Positions 29,200 through 43,570 of a stretch of DNA of 64,000 bases are shown here, piece by piece. The stretch is from Eledone cirrhosa. Lineage: Eukaryota. The position numbers were made by a program, and so were the translations under genes. The stretch lies in contig OZ024744.1 in the NCBI GenBank assembly GCA_964016885.1, positions 41,044,001 through 41,108,000 on the forward strand. The letters are read 5' to 3'. The number at the start of each line of letters is the position of its first letter. Position 1 is the first letter of the stretch. Below the pieces are notes generated by a model, which did no database searches, was not told the DNA's origin, and was given only the letters and a program-made list of their open reading frames with translations.

Positions 29200-29950
29200 A
29201 CAAGTTTGATAGCCAGTCCCTATTTTGAGTCTACTGCGAGTAGTCCCTCTGCTTTCAACTTATTCTCTACATTCATCAAGTCCTCATCTAAAAGATTCAC
29301 ATAAGTTGCGGGGAAACGCCTTCTCCATTCTGTTTGCCAGGGCGAAGGGCCAGCCAGCACATGAGGCCCACATTTGCTTATAATAGTGAGAGATGGTAAG
29401 AGTGGGAGAGACAGAGGCAGTGACAGAGGCAGTGACAGTGGGAGTTTTGTTCTTTTGTGTTCAGACTTTGTATATATTTCATGGACACATACCCATGTAG
29501 TTGGGGCTACTTTTGTGCTCATCACAGTTCTAGTTATTTGCCTGTTGATATTTTGTAGGATGGATTTTAATCCCTCAATGAGGATTCTTTTTTCATTTCA
29601 TGCACATAGGTTGGAAAATTTTTTAGCCATAATTCTATCGCTTCTATTCCGCCATTCAGGTGAAATCGTGATATAAAGATGTACTACATCAAATGAAGGA
29701 ATCAGAGAGTCTTTGTTAGTTATTCAGTTGATGGTTTAAAACGTATAAGTCACATAACCGAAGTATCAAATATTTTAAAGAGCTTTGCTACATTTTGACT
29801 GGATTCCATCTGTAAAAATCTTCCTTCTTCCCTATGGATTTCTCTGGAGCAGTGGTGTATCTCATTTAATATTCTGTTAATATTCTGTTTGAAGTTAGTC
29901 TCCCTAAGTTCATACAAGATTTTGTCATTTGTAGTTTTGTCTTGTCAGTC
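29200..29950 (-). mobile_element. Degenerate non-Naiad PLE RT remnant
   Basis: SFDVVHLY.., IEAIELWL, LKSILQN, RQITRTVMSTKVAPT (cf. Q..GTAMGT..AP). Confidence 0.55.
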
Positions 29951-30135
29951 AGTTTTGTAGGGGAATTTTCGTTCATTGCATGATAAATATATATAGGAAA
30001 ATTAAATTTCTTTTATTTACTTCATTCATGTCATGCAGCACTCAGCAGCAGACTAATTCAGGGCATAAGGAAAGGTTCTTGTACTTGGGAGGGGGGGGGG
30101 GAGTTCTTTAAACAATTCTCAGTTTATTTTTTTAA

Positions 30136-30229
<94 letters not shown>

Positions 30230-30232
<3 letters not shown>

Positions 30233-33050
30233 AGGATTAAAATACTGGAGCGTATTATAGAAATGACAGTAAAAGGTATAGCTCAATGTAATTAAACAGA
30301 GCCGAAGAATTATGAAAATAAAACAAAGAACCCTTCAATACATCAAAAGTCTTTATTAGCCAACAATGTTTCGTCCTATTAAGGACTCATCAGGACAATT
30401 AAAACTACAAGAAGCACTATCGGCCAATACAAGCCGAAAACTCAGAAGAATATGGAGTGTACATACACTAAAGTATTGGAAGATTATGGGTAAAAATATA
30501 TAATAAAAATCACTAAGGAGGTGGATAACATTTTGAACCACATTACAAATATAGTCCAAAGCAAAAAGCTAGAGCTAAACAAATGTGGTTATATAGAGCG
30601 GGAATTATAGTACTATATGTAATACAATATAATATAATATAATATACTTGTAACAATATTAAAATTAAAATTAAAAGGCACAATATACATATGTATATAT
30701 ATACACACACGTACGCACATATACATATACATCAATACACATTTCCATCATTTACAGCACAAATTAAACCTTATTAAGAGTTTAAATATAAATAAGCACA
30801 ATAGGAATAAAAATAAAAATAATACGTATATATAATATACAGTATAACATGAAGTAATGAAATGATTAAAAGTAAAACATATAATATATAATAAACTATA
30901 TAATTATATAATATATAATATAATATAATAGATAATCTCCGGTTAATTTACACAAACAATATAGATGTCACAATAACACTATAATAATAATATAATAATA
31001 TATAATGGCATGTAAGTTAACAAATCAATTCATATAGAGTTACAGAGCAGGTGAGAAAAAAATATATATTGTACCAAAATTATGATGGTACAAAAATATA
31101 AACATCTTACAGAATATATAAAATTTAACATATCATAATGGTACATAAAATCATCGGTAAGTAATAAAGATCAATAGTACATTTACAAAGAGTTGAATAA
31201 CAACTTCAATATGAAATAATGAACATAATATAATATATAATTACTTATAATTACAAGGTTGGTAAACAGACACATATGTGAATGAGTGAATAAGGGCCAG
31301 ACAGAAAATACTATGCACAGTAGTATTAATAAATAAATAAATAAAATCGACCGGAAATCAATAAACAAAAACAAAAGTATTTACTTAGGTCTCACATGCA
31401 GTTAAGTAAAAACTTAGGAAACAACCCGGATAAATGACTAGAAAACCCTATTTGATAAATTAATATTGAAAATATTTAAAATACTTAATAAGGCAATACA
31501 ATATTAGCTATGCTTTAAGTAATCAAAATCCCTAAACATTAAGATATCAACTATAAATATATATAGAAAGGAATGAAATATTCTACTATCGTTTACATAA
31601 CGTTATCTAATAAACTGACTTTAAGCAGAATTATGGTAGGCTAACGTGGACAGAAAAAAAGAAATGTATGTAGGATACAAAGGAGCATAAAATCATAATC
31701 AATATACTGTATTATATAATAGAAAGGAGCATAAAAAAGGGGATTAAATATAATCATAATATATTTGAAGGGGTTAGCTATAAGTTTATGTGTGCATGGG
31801 GGGGGGGGGTAGTTATCCAAAGAAGAATCCAAATAAAATAAAATAAAATGAAATAAAATAATATAAAATATATCATCAGATATATACTCATAAGGTGTTA
31901 ATAGTGAACATTTAATGTGTAAGAAGATAGATATGGTATAGTAGCCAAATAATTATGAGAGCTAGAATAAAGAGTTGTCAAAAACCAATGATAATAATGA
32001 TGATAATAATGGTGGTAAACAAAATGAACCTAAACTAAAAAAATAAGTAATGGAATATATCAGCTAATGGATACAATTTACACTACTAGAACCTTTAGGT
32101 TTATAATAAAAGTAAGAATTAGAAATATCATGGGGGCAAGAAGAGAATATCTCAGACTTTCTATTAAGTAAGGATTCACTAGAGAAAATTATAGAGTGTG
32201 TCTCAAGGATACAGAGATTACAAAATTTAGTATGTGTAGAAAGGTTATTAGAGCGTGCTACTAAACGCCAATTAAGGCTATATGGTATATTAAGCCCCCT
32301 TAAGATCCCAGATATAGTGTGCTAAAGAAGTAGAATTCTTAAACTTAACATGTTTGAAATTAGAGATATGAGAATTAAACCTAGTCTTAAAAGTGTTAGA
32401 TGTAGAGCCTATATATGTTTTATTAGAGGAATTAGTTATAACTACGCAAGCATAAACGATGTTCTTAGAGAGGCAGTTACCGTTTAAAGGGCAGTTAGCA
32501 CTCACTCTACAGTTACACTTCCGGGTGCTATTGATTGGCTGAAGCAGTGATGCATTACACGTAGGATTACTATTAGATAAGGTCTGCTCTGGTGGTAAGG
32601 CATTTGCAGATCTGTTCTGACTAGTAGTATGTAGAGAGGAGTATCCATCCCTAATTTTCCTATTGTTAGTGCTAGCTAAATGAGAACTAATATTAGGGGT
32701 GGTAGAGAATGAAAGTTTAATTACATTTTTATTAAAAATACTATGGTATTTATGAGAAGGGGGGAAATTTTTCTCTAAGATAGAAAAGAAAGACCTAGGG
32801 ATATTAGTTAATACTTCCTGATTATATGGCGGGTTAAAATAAGTATTTAGTCTCCTATTTTTATCCTTTCCGACTCTACCATTATCCAATATCCCATTAT
32901 TAAGACTAGGGTTACTACAAGGATTAGTTAAAACCACATTATTAGAATCAGCCGAAATTCCATTAAGTCTCTTTCTGTTTCTACCTTTAGTATATTAGTA
33001 TAATCAGTAGAAACAACATTATTAGAATTAGATCTAGCAAAAACATCACC
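30230..33050 (-). mobile_element. Naiad PLE 3' half: GIY-YIG domain, long AT-rich 3' UTR, terminal HHR
   Basis: YFNPPY, HKYHSIFNKNVIKLSFS, CNCRVSANCPLNGNC, NIVYAC..YIGST..FKTRF..H, CNLC. Confidence 0.88.
30359..30396 (-). ncRNA. Minimal hammerhead ribozyme
   Basis: GTC-CTGATGA-GTCC ttaata GGAC-GAAAC att GT-T-GGC-TAATAAA. Confidence 0.82.
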
Positions 33051-33107
33051 AATGGTTGAGCTTCCTCCTATATACTGGTGTTTTGGCCTTTATATATATC
33101 TGACAGT

Positions 33108-34157
33108 ATGCTAACAAAGAGTTACCTGCCTTTATCTCTGAAGAATATTCCCACCCCCTCTAAGAATACTTACGAAAAACTCTTAATTGCTAGTGTTAAC
33201 TCCTTCGTAAAAAAGGATTAGATGGCGTGCTTTCCACTATGATATTAATAGGAATAGGAAGGACCCCAGGAATAGAACTCATTTCAATAACTATGGCTTC
33301 AAAACTTATAAGAGCCCACCACATAATGTTCTGTTAGATAATTTTGAAAATGACTTACTCTCTCTTGTCAAAAATATTAAGTATATGCCATATAATAGAC
33401 ATAGAAATTATAATAAGTTTGATAAGTTCCAGTCTAGACTTAAACATATTGTTAAGGGTTTTAGTGCGAATAAGTCTATTCTTGTCCCGGCGGATAAGAC
33501 TAAGAATCTATACTCTATGGATTACAGTGCTTACCGTGACTTTATTTATAAGGAGCTGCATAGAAATTATAAAAAGACTACGCAAGATAATTTGAACCAA
33601 ATCAATAGTGAGCGTCTTAAAATAGTCTCGGACTTTGGCCTCGATATGTATACCCAGCCATATTACCCTAGAGAACCGAGATTCACTCTTAAGGATCATA
33701 AGGTAGACTTCATTAGTAACCCCTCTGTTAGACTCATCTGTCCTTCTAAGTCCGATATAGCCATAATCAGTAAAAAAATCCTTGACCTTATTATACCAGA
33801 TGTTAGGGATAAAGTTAATTTTAACCTATGGGGGAACACTAAGGAGGTTATAGATTGGTTCTCTGGCATTAATAAACTTGAATCTAATAAGTTTATCCAG
33901 TTCGATATTGATGCCTACTACACATCGATTTCACATATCCTCCTCAATAAAGCCTTAATGTTGGCCATGAGAGTGTCCAGCCTTACACGATCACAGGTAG
34001 ATATTATACTAGCAGCCCGTAGAACTATCATTAATTTTGAGGACACATTTTGGACCCATGAAAACACGCCCAACAATTTCGACGTTACAATGGGTTCGAG
34101 TGATTCGGCCCAGGTAACTGATCTTGTTGGGTTGTTCCTCCTAAATGAACTATATGT
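33108..34157 (+). mobile_element. Naiad PLE 5' half (N-terminus + RT), ending at an RTE insertion
   Basis: LSLKNIPTP..RIRWRA..YGFKT; ADKTKNLY; TLKDHK; FIQFDIDAYYTSI; FDVTMGSSDSAQVTDLVGLFLL. Confidence 0.92.
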
Positions 34158-35065
34158 TACCTTTCTGCACCTTTTTATGCAGCTGTCATCCTTCATACAC
34201 ATCACATGTCCATACCAACGCAACCGCCTCTCCTGCACACAGCATTTGATTCCTCCTATGCTCAGTCTCTCTCTCAATTCATTTATGCTTTGTCGTTCGC
34301 GTATATTACTATTACACATCCATCGTAGCATGCAGGTTTCGTTTCTTTCTAATCTACGTAAGTCTTCCACCTTCAGCGCCCAGGTCTCACTACCATGTAA
34401 CATTGCTGTTCGTATACACGCATCATACAGTCTGCCTTTCATTTTGAGGGAGAAGCCTTTTGAGTTAGCAGTGGCAGTAGCTGCCTGAACTTCTTCCATC
34501 CCGTTCTCACCCTAGTTATTGTACTTTCTGAACACCCACCTCCGCTGCTAATTCGACCACCTAGGTAGCAGAAGCAGTCTACTGTTTCTACAGAGCCTTC
34601 CCAGAGTTTGGTGGTACTTGTTTCCTGTGGCTGTTTGCTGCCTGTTGTCCCAGTACAGCTGCTACATGTGAAGCCCTTATTCTTAGTTAAGCTTCCTGAA
34701 TCCTGCTACATCTCTTGTGTACCCATTGTTTGCATTTGGGGCAGAGAATGGATTTCCTACCTCCACCTTTCCTACATACTGAGGAAGGCCATTTCCCCGA
34801 GGGGATCTGGGTTCTGTTTTCTCGTCTACTCACAAGGACCTTAGTCTTTGTCATGTTGACTTTGAGACTCTTTCTTTCTAGTCCCTGCTTCCAAGTTTGG
34901 AATTTCTTCTCTAGTTTTACCATAGATTCAGCTATAAGTGCGAGGTCATCAGCACACAGGAGTTCCCATGGGCATCTGGTCTTAAACTCCTCCGTTATTG
35001 CCTGCAGGACTATGATGAACAAGAGAGGGCTAAGAACAGAGCCCTAGTGGACCCCAACCTGTACG
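34158..35065 (-). mobile_element. RTE LINE RT fragment
   Basis: GSVLSPLLFIIVL, CPWELLCADDL, GKWP..VCRKG, MLHGSETWAL, RLRWYGHV. Confidence 0.9.
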
Positions 35066-35156
35066 CTAAATTCCTATATATATATACCTATATATAGCAA
35101 TAGTAATTATGAAGACCAAAATCCATAGAGGGCTCGATAAGGATTGTATATATATA

Positions 35157-35227
<71 letters not shown>

Positions 35228-35231
<4 letters not shown>

Positions 35232-37475
35232 TATGTATATATATATATTATCATCATCATTATACGCCTACTTTTCCTTGTTTGCAAGGGTGGGTCGGGT
35301 CCTATTCAGCACAGCATCTCTCGACTTGCCACAGTCCTTCGTCATCTCCTCTGTGAGCTTCATTGATCTGAGGTCACCTCTCACCACCTCCGCCCATGTT
35401 TTTCGTGGTCTTGGTCTACTGTGTCTTCCTTCTACCGGGATTTCTCAGCATTTCTTTACCCAGCGGTCATCCTCCATGCGCATCACATGTCCATACCAAT
35501 GCAGTCTTCTCCCCCACACACTACAGTTTATCCCTCTTATACACACTTTCTCTCTCAACTCGTCTATGCTTGCTTATTCATGCACATTGATACTGCACAT
35601 CCAACGGAGCATGCTTGCTTCATTTTTCTCCAGCTGTCGCATATCCTTCGCGGTTGCTGCCCATGTCTCACTACCCTGCAGCATCACGCATCTCACACAG
35701 GGATCATATAACCGGCCTTTCATTCATAGAGAGAAACGCTTCGTCGCCAACAGAGGAAGCAGCTCCCTAAACTTCTTCCAACCCGTCCTTATTCTAGATA
35801 CAATGGCCTCGGAGCACCCCCCTCCCTTGCTAATCTGATCACGTAGGTATCAGAAGCTATCGACCACCTCTATAGATCCTACCTCCATCTGAAAAATGTG
35901 CCTATCACTGACACTTCTACTATCAAATTTACCTGAACATCTACTGCGTATGAAGTTTTCCCTTCCTGTTAGTTTGCCTGATATCCCACTACATCTCTTG
36001 TGTACTCAAGATCCCATATCTGTGTATATTCTATAGAATGTATGCCAACTCCTTTTCTACATATTGAACATGGCCATTTCCCTGATGGAATCAGAGGTTT
36101 GTCCTCTTTCGTACTTATCAACACTTTAGTCCTTGCTAGGATCACTCTCAGTCCTTTTGATTCCAACTGCTGTTTCCATAGCCAGAATTTATTCTCTAGC
36201 CTCTCTCTACTGATTCTGCTATAAGTACCAGATCGTCAGCATAGAGAAGTTCCATGAGCAGCCAATCTTAAACTCCTTTGTTATGGCTTAGAGAACTATA
36301 ATGAATAAGGGTGGGCTGAGGACTGAACCCTGATGTACTTGTATCTGGAATTCCTCACTAAACTCCATTCCTACTTTCAGTTTGCTGACAGCACTTCTGT
36401 ACATAGCTTGCACTCTCATCACAAGCCATTCCTCTACACCTAGCTTCCTTAGAGTATCCCAGATGACAGATCGGGGTATTCTATCAAAGGCCTTCTCTAG
36501 GTCAACAAAATCTAAATATAGTGGTTTATTTTTCCCTAAGTACATCTCTTGTAATTGTCTCACCAAGAAGAGAGCATCTGTTGTACATTTTCCCAGATAC
36601 AAAAACCAAACTACATCTCATCTAATTTGATCCTTTCTCTAATTAGTTGTGCTAGCACTTTTTCTGTCACTTTCATAACCTGATCCATCAGTTTTATGCC
36701 CCTATAATTGCTCCTCTCCAGAGCATCCCCTTTACCTTTGTAGTAATTTATGAGAATACTGCTGCACCAGTCTTTGGGTATGACTACACCATATATAGCT
36801 TGGTTGATGATTCGTGCAACCAGTTTAGTTTCTTCAGCAGCTCAGCAACTATCCCTGACAGTCCAGCAGCCTTACCACTTTTCATTTCCTTAATTGCCTC
36901 TTTGACCCTATAGTCGTCAATCTCAATAGCTGGTCCCTCTATTGGGTCTATTGGGGGGTAGTTTCTCTCTCTCCCATTCATTCTCACCATTTATCAGTCT
37001 TTCATAATCACATTTCCAGGCCTCCTTTTTCTGAGCAACAGTGACGTTAAGTGTACCAGTATCATTTCGGATATACTTATCTCCAACAACATCCTGATTT
37101 ACACTGACACACTGCCTTGCAATGTGCAATACTGCACATCTCTGATCTTATTGTCGCAGAACATTAGCAAACCTCCTACTCTCAGCCTCCCTGCGTGTAA
37201 GTATACCTGATATCTAGCCTCTCTTTTAGTAGCTGAGTATTAGTCTCTACTCCCACCATTTTTCCAAGCCTTCCGTGCTTGTCTTTTGTCTTTAATGCCT
37301 CTATCTACTGTGCTGTTCCACCACCAAGTCACCCTCCAACCACAAGCAAAGCTCCAGCCACAAGTCTCTTCAGTTGCTTGCAGTAAGTTGTCACATAACA
37401 ACTTCCAGTTATCTTCTATGATGTCATACAATTCTAATTCACCTTCTTTCTCGTCATACACATCTTGAAGGGCTT
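35228..37475 (-). mobile_element. RTE LINE, longer decayed copy
   Basis: TWWWN, MKSGKAAG, FVDLEKAFDRIPR, QGSVLSP, LLYADDL. Confidence 0.9.
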
Positions 37476-37700
37476 TCCTATTTATACACACACACACATA
37501 TATATAGATATAAGTAAGAAGAATGACATGGTTGGCTACATCTAAGTGGATTATCTATTACGATAACTTGTTATCCCGTATAAATATAAGTATAAATATA
37601 TATATGGTGAGTAATATTAAATATTACCCAGTTAAAAGCATGACTATAGCTCGATGTAATATAACAAGTATAATACAGAGCCGAAATACATTTAATAACT

Positions 37701-37743
37701 AACGACTGTTTCTTCCTAGTACAAGTGAGAAATCTTCAGAGTT
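37701..37743 (-). ncRNA. Minimal hammerhead ribozyme
   Basis: AACT-CTGAAGA-TTTCT..AGGAA-GAAA-CA-GTC-GTT. Confidence 0.65.
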
Positions 37744-38114
37744 ATTACAAAAGTTAAATACAAATATAGGATCTAAAATTTTAGTTCAGGAAGATTTGGT
37801 AGATATATATTATGAAAGATTTGGAAGATATATATTATGAAAGATACATATTAAGGAACATTTGGAAGATATATATTATGAAAGATATATATTAAAGGTC
37901 AGATAAGAGCAAGCATTTCAGTGGAATGATAGGGACCCCAGTCCTATCATCTCATTTCTACAGCTGAGTACACTGGAGCAACGTGAAATAAAGTGTCTTG
38001 CTCAAGGAAACAACACACATATCTTCAATGTATATATTACTGTTCTTCTTATTGCCACATTTAACAACAGTATACACATATGTGAAAAAAGCTACAATTC
38101 AATCATCCTTATTA

Positions 38115-38310
38115 AATAATAATTGTTTCTACTTTTGGCACAAGGCCAGCAAATACTCAGTGCATTACTGGTACTTTATTTCATCGATCTCGTAAGGATG
38201 AAAGGCAAAGTTAGCCTCGGCGGGATTTGAACTCAGATGATAAAGGATTGTAACTCTTTGCTGCAAGACATGGCGTCAGACCCTCTACCGATACTGCCAA
38301 TCCACCGCCC
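38115..38310 (-). mobile_element. tRNA-derived SINE (same family as 48287)
   Basis: Sequence match; another diverged copy at ~47210-47420(-). Confidence 0.85.
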
Positions 38311-39485
38311 TGGTATTCTCCTACTTATTAAATAATAATAATGAAATTATTGTGTACGGTGCTCGGGTGCACTACAACTCATCAAATATGTATGTATAGT
38401 ACATAGAATATTGGCAGCACTGTTTGCAGCACTATTCATCAAATACAGAAACGAGGACAATAAAATGACCAACACCATCTTGGCTACTGAGCACAGTATA
38501 GGCATGCTGAGAATCAAGGAAGCCTTCTTGATTAAGCAACTAAAACCTCCATTAATAATAGAAGAGAAAGGAATGTGTCACAGTAGTTAATCTAGCTTGT
38601 CCAACCTAAATATACCATCATGCCAGCATCCCAACTGTCCAGTCTAATGAACATTCATTTCCTAGCCTAATTTGACAAGACTAGTGCTAGCAGCAGACAA
38701 ATTCTTTATTATCTTTCAGTGGTTAGCTAGCAGACATAAAATGTTTCAGGCTAACTATGCTTACACACCTTTACTCCTTTATCCCTAAAAATTCTGTTCT
38801 TCACTACCCATACACACTTACACACATGCACACATGCATGCATATAGCATACAAATACTCACACACACTCTCCTTACACACATGTGCAAACAACTAAACT
38901 TTAACATATGTTTTCGAATCAAAATAAATCTATCAGCCACCCACAAAAATTCTCAGGTTTCTCACTGAGGTGCCCCCCCCCCCACACACTACTACACATT
39001 CACTTTGATAATGGATGGAAACCGGACAGGTTGCCATATTTTAAGGCTTGATTAGTCAGTTGACCACGTCTTGCTCATAACATCATCATCATCATTATCA
39101 TCATAATCATCATAATTATCATCTAAAGTCAGCTTTCTCTGCTAGCAAGGGTTCAATGGATCTTCTTTAATGGGGCTTCATAGACCATGTCCATACTCAA
39201 AAACAGGGCTACTGACCTTCCAGGCAGGCTGGAAGCTTGTATTTTGTTTGTCTACGGTCTTCTTCTGCACAAACCAGCACAAAGAGAGACTGCCGTGTTC
39301 TTGACACAAACTAAAGGGTCCTCCTAAACATTTGTTTGGCAAGCATTTCTATGACTGGATGCCTTTCCTTTCACCAACCCCTTTACTGCATTTACTGGGT
39401 GAATTTATCAGGTAGATCATTAACACATAAGTGAGGCATCCTCCCAACCGCTTCGATATATAGAATAAGAGAGAGAGAGAGATGA

Positions 39486-39538
<53 letters not shown>

Positions 39539-39679
39539 AGAGAGGGAGAGAGAGAGAGAGAGAGAGATAGGGGAGATAGAGATAGAGAGCGAGATAGGGG
39601 GGGGGAGTAGAGAGAGAGGGAGAGAGAGAAATACAATGCGGTATTAGCTAACAGCTACTTACTCCCCTGCTAACACCAA

Positions 39680-40600
39680 CAGCAATAGGAAAAGAAATCA
39701 TGCTAATAGAAAAACAATTTGGTCCCCCCTCCCCACTTCCCACTCAACGCTAAAACTAATGTAGGAACACATTTTTTTAGCTCTCTTAGATAGATACTTC
39801 TCTATAGGTCACAAATACAATATCCATCTTTAACAGACACAGGGTGAAACTAGGATACTCCTGTACTAAGAATATGAAGGCCCACATCACCAACAGCCCT
39901 AAGAGCAACACCCCACCAGGATGCTCTTGTCAAAAGCCTGAAGCTCATCCCCTTCAACAACAATGCAGCACACCCACTGTAATTTACGAAGCTCTGGTCC
40001 ACTTTCTAACCAACCAAATCAACAGCGAGAGGTTAAATCCTATGTAGGTATGGTGGATGGCCGGTTTAAGGATTGCTTCCTGAACCATCAGTTGACCTTT
40101 AGATGCCCAGACAAACGATCGTCCACGAAACTGGCAAGCCACGTATGGTCCCTCAAGGATATCAGGTGTAGATTACTCCATCCATTGGAAAGCTATTACT
40201 AAGTATAAGCCACACGCAAGGGGGAATATGTCTTATAGGCTGTGCATTGAAGAAAGGATCAATTTCTTGAAAAGATTACATAATAGTGATTGCCTAAATT
40301 CAAGACATGAACTTTTCTCACATTGTCCACACGTCTGGAAACACCTATTACATAATTACAAAGCTCCAGATTGACTAACATCAACAATCTATAATATTCT
40401 GAATAACACGAATAATTTATTCTGGGCATCCAAAGTTATCTCCCTTACATCAATCTATTGTGGGTTTACCTGCCCCAGGAAAAGTGACTGTTTCTGCACA
40501 TGCGTATTCGTATGGTTGTTTTTCCTTTTCTGTACAACTTCATTTAGACCGAACTGAGGATCTAAATAAGGTGAAACATTTGTTCTCGGTATGGTGAATT
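39680..40600 (+). mobile_element. Naiad PLE endonuclease remnant + 3' UTR
   Basis: VKLGYSCTKNM, CSCQ..PL...C..VIYEA, YVGM..FK..H, LASHVWSLKD, CPH. Confidence 0.8.
40548..40590 (+). ncRNA. Hammerhead ribozyme
   Basis: ACCGAA-CTGAGGA-TCT aaata AGGT-GAAA-CATTTG-TT-CTCGGT. Confidence 0.7.
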
Positions 40601-40828
40601 AACTGTTGTGGAACTACTTCTACCAAAACTCTTTCCATGGACTGAGTGGCTCTACTACTATGGATATAACACATCAGTGTTCTATTATTATATATATATA
40701 TATATATATATACATACACACTTAAGGAGAACAAATAAAAAACCCCATAGACATATGCATACACAGACGTCTGCCTACATGCCCATATACAGGCACAGAT
40801 ACAGACTCGCTCACACACACACACACAT

Positions 40829-40908
<80 letters not shown>

Positions 40909-41394
40909 CGAGTAGAGAGAGAGAGATGGAGATGTACCTAAAACACCTGAACCTCCATACATCTCATTTCTATGTAGTATAGGAGTCCATCTATTGTCCA
41001 CCTTGCAATTCTCTACTTCGCCCTGTTGCTAATATTGTCCAAAGGAAGTGTAGATAGAGCTTGTGACTAGTAATGTTGCAGCAATTATCATCAGAATGTA
41101 AATGTGCAGATCAGTTACTTACAATGCATCTTCTCAATCCTACACTCTAATTACTCCACCAATCCACTGACCAGAACAAATACATTGTTTAGAGACAATT
41201 GAAAAGATGAAAAGCAATATTGACTTTGAAATGATTTCTATTCAGTTCACAAGAGAGATAGAAGAAACACCACAAGGCATTCCATTTGATGTTCTTATAA
41301 ATCAGCAAATTTGTCACTGATCATGAATTCCATGAATGGAGGAAAATTAAAACTACTTTCTTTTAATTCTTTGTCATCTAGTACTACTACTATA

Positions 41395-41594
41395 NNNNNN
41401 NNNNNNNNNNNNNNNNNNNNNNNNNNNNNNNNNNNNNNNNNNNNNNNNNNNNNNNNNNNNNNNNNNNNNNNNNNNNNNNNNNNNNNNNNNNNNNNNNNNN
41501 NNNNNNNNNNNNNNNNNNNNNNNNNNNNNNNNNNNNNNNNNNNNNNNNNNNNNNNNNNNNNNNNNNNNNNNNNNNNNNNNNNNNNNNNNNNNNN
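41395..41594. other. Assembly gap (200 N)
   Basis: Run of N. Confidence 1.
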
Positions 41595-41989
41595 TGTAAC
41601 AGTGTGAGACAAGACTATGCTATTGTACAGGAAAGAGGGGTATGAAAGTAACTATCATTTGAAATAAATCTACGGTGTATATTAATTTAGCTTTTTGAGA
41701 ATAGTGTCATATGCCAAAACACCGCTCATCTATCGGGGATTTACAATGTCCGCCAAACGGTTGAAATCTTCAAGTGAAAGAGAAACTCACAAACAATATA
41801 AAAAGACTTGGGAATAAAGGGACAAGTCAACATTAGGACATTCAGCAGAATATGAGACAGGAAACTGAAAGGTTAAGACAATAAGAAAGACTATCACAAC
41901 AAACAGAGGTTCAATATGAAAATCACCAAGAAGCAATGAGAGTTGTGATGCACACTTGACTAGCACAAAGGACTTTTCAAGGTAGAATA

Positions 41990-42322
41990 AACTGACTAAG
42001 AGCTGTGTTTTCATATGATCAATCGAAGAATTATAGAAATGATCCTAAAGTCGTGATTGGTTGCATGGATATTACACTTGGCAAAGATCATACTGACTAT
42101 GGTTATTTCACAACATTTAAAATCCAAGGCCAATGCTACCATTTAATCAGCAGTTTACTCCCCCAACCTAATAAGGATGCTTTATGATTGTATTTTTTAT
42201 GTCTCTCTCTCACACACACATTACGTTCTCACCTCATACTGTAAACCAGACAACACATCCAATACACTTGTTTTCTCTTTTATCCGTCTTCTCTTAACTG
42301 TTCTCCCAATACCTCAGCTATT
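41990..42322 (+). mobile_element. Non-autonomous Helitron remnant
   Basis: YFTTFKIQGQCYHLISSLLP resembles RepHel FMPTFKVQGQVYHLIGSL; matches 58100-58324. Confidence 0.7.
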
Positions 42323-42419
42323 ATATGATAAATTGAAATGAAAACCAACAGGTGTGAGTATTTTTATTGGCAGCATGACCCTCCCAAAGTAAAACAATAT
42401 ATATATATAACTTTGATAA

Positions 42420-43290
42420 CTTTGATAGGTTTTGGCCCAGGCCATGTCTAACTTAAGAGCACTACCTGGCAAAATCTTTCATATCAGGATTTGGACGTCA
42501 TGGCCGACTCAAGAAGGGAGTTATTATGTGCAGAGACATATCCGGGTGTAGGAGGTTTATCTGTGATTTCTTGAAGGAATTTGCCCAAAGACTGCTTGAA
42601 TTTTATGGGATCTGTTTCTTTTTTAATGTGTTTTGGTGTAATGTTAAAGAGAGTGAGGCCAATTGAGATGAAATAATTGTACTGTATTTTTATTATGAGA
42701 TGCAAGTTTGATTTTTGTTGTGGGTGCATAGCACGGGGCCCAAGCCTTGGGTGTACTTTAAAGGTGATGGTAACATCATTTGGGCATTGCTGATGGAATA
42801 TTTTCTACATCATGCAGTGTTCACATAATGTAATGCTCACGGTGGCGTTGGAGAGAATAAAGTTTGAGTTTTTCTATGAGTAGCCCAGCTTATGTTGTTG
42901 TCCACAATAACTCCCAAGTCTCTGATGTTGTTGGATGCCATGAGTTTCCCCTGAAGGAAAGGAGTATGGGTTTCAGGGCATCCTCTTTTCCAATGTGGAT
43001 TAACTCAAATTTATCCTCTTTCAGCAGCATATTGTTCTTTTCTGCTCATTGTATAACAGCCAACATATCTGACTGAAGGCATATATGGTCACCCACGCCA
43101 TTGATGACCCTTTGGAGCTTGGAATCATCTGTGAAGATTCTTATGCTGCTATACTTGATGATTTCAGTAATGTCATTAATGTAGATGATGAACAGAAGTG
43201 AGCCCAACACAGTGCCTTGTGAGACACCACTACTGAGTTTGGCTGGGCTTCATTTTACACCTTGACTACAACATGTTGGACTCTTCAGCT
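42420..43290 (-). mobile_element. CR1/L2-like LINE RT fragment
   Basis: SGVSQGTVLGSLLFIIYINDI..RIFTDDSKL; LFNITP..IK. Confidence 0.82.
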
Positions 43291-43532
43291 ACTCTTCGAT
43301 TGTTGATGATGGACACCATGCTGTTTTGGAGGTTGTGTTTTTTTTTATTCTAGTGATGTAATGTAAGTCAAAAGGGTACGTCGTTTCTGGCAGTATTTCA
43401 GTTTGTTGATTTTTTTGTTAATTCTTTTAATTTTTCTGAGAAGTATTCTTCTATTTCTAGGGATACTACACTTAGATTTGTTTACAGATCTTAATGGGGT
43501 ATGAAAAAACACAGACCCTCCATCTCAATTCT

Positions 43533-43570
43533 ACTTTTGAAAAGCACAAGAACTGCGAAACCGGTAAAGG
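43533..43570 (+). ncRNA. Hammerhead ribozyme, U3-A8 core (family of 62199)
   Basis: CTT-TTGAAAA-GCAC aagaa CTGC-GAAA-CCGG-TA-AAGG..AATAAA; one stem II mismatch. Confidence 0.7.

Noticed and set aside
33385-34488. 367-aa ORF as a novel fusion protein
   Set aside because: Naiad RT frame reading by chance into the antisense strand of an RTE fragment
41000-41390. Possible PLE RT remnant (NGMPCG on minus strand)
   Set aside because: Too degenerate and cut by the gap
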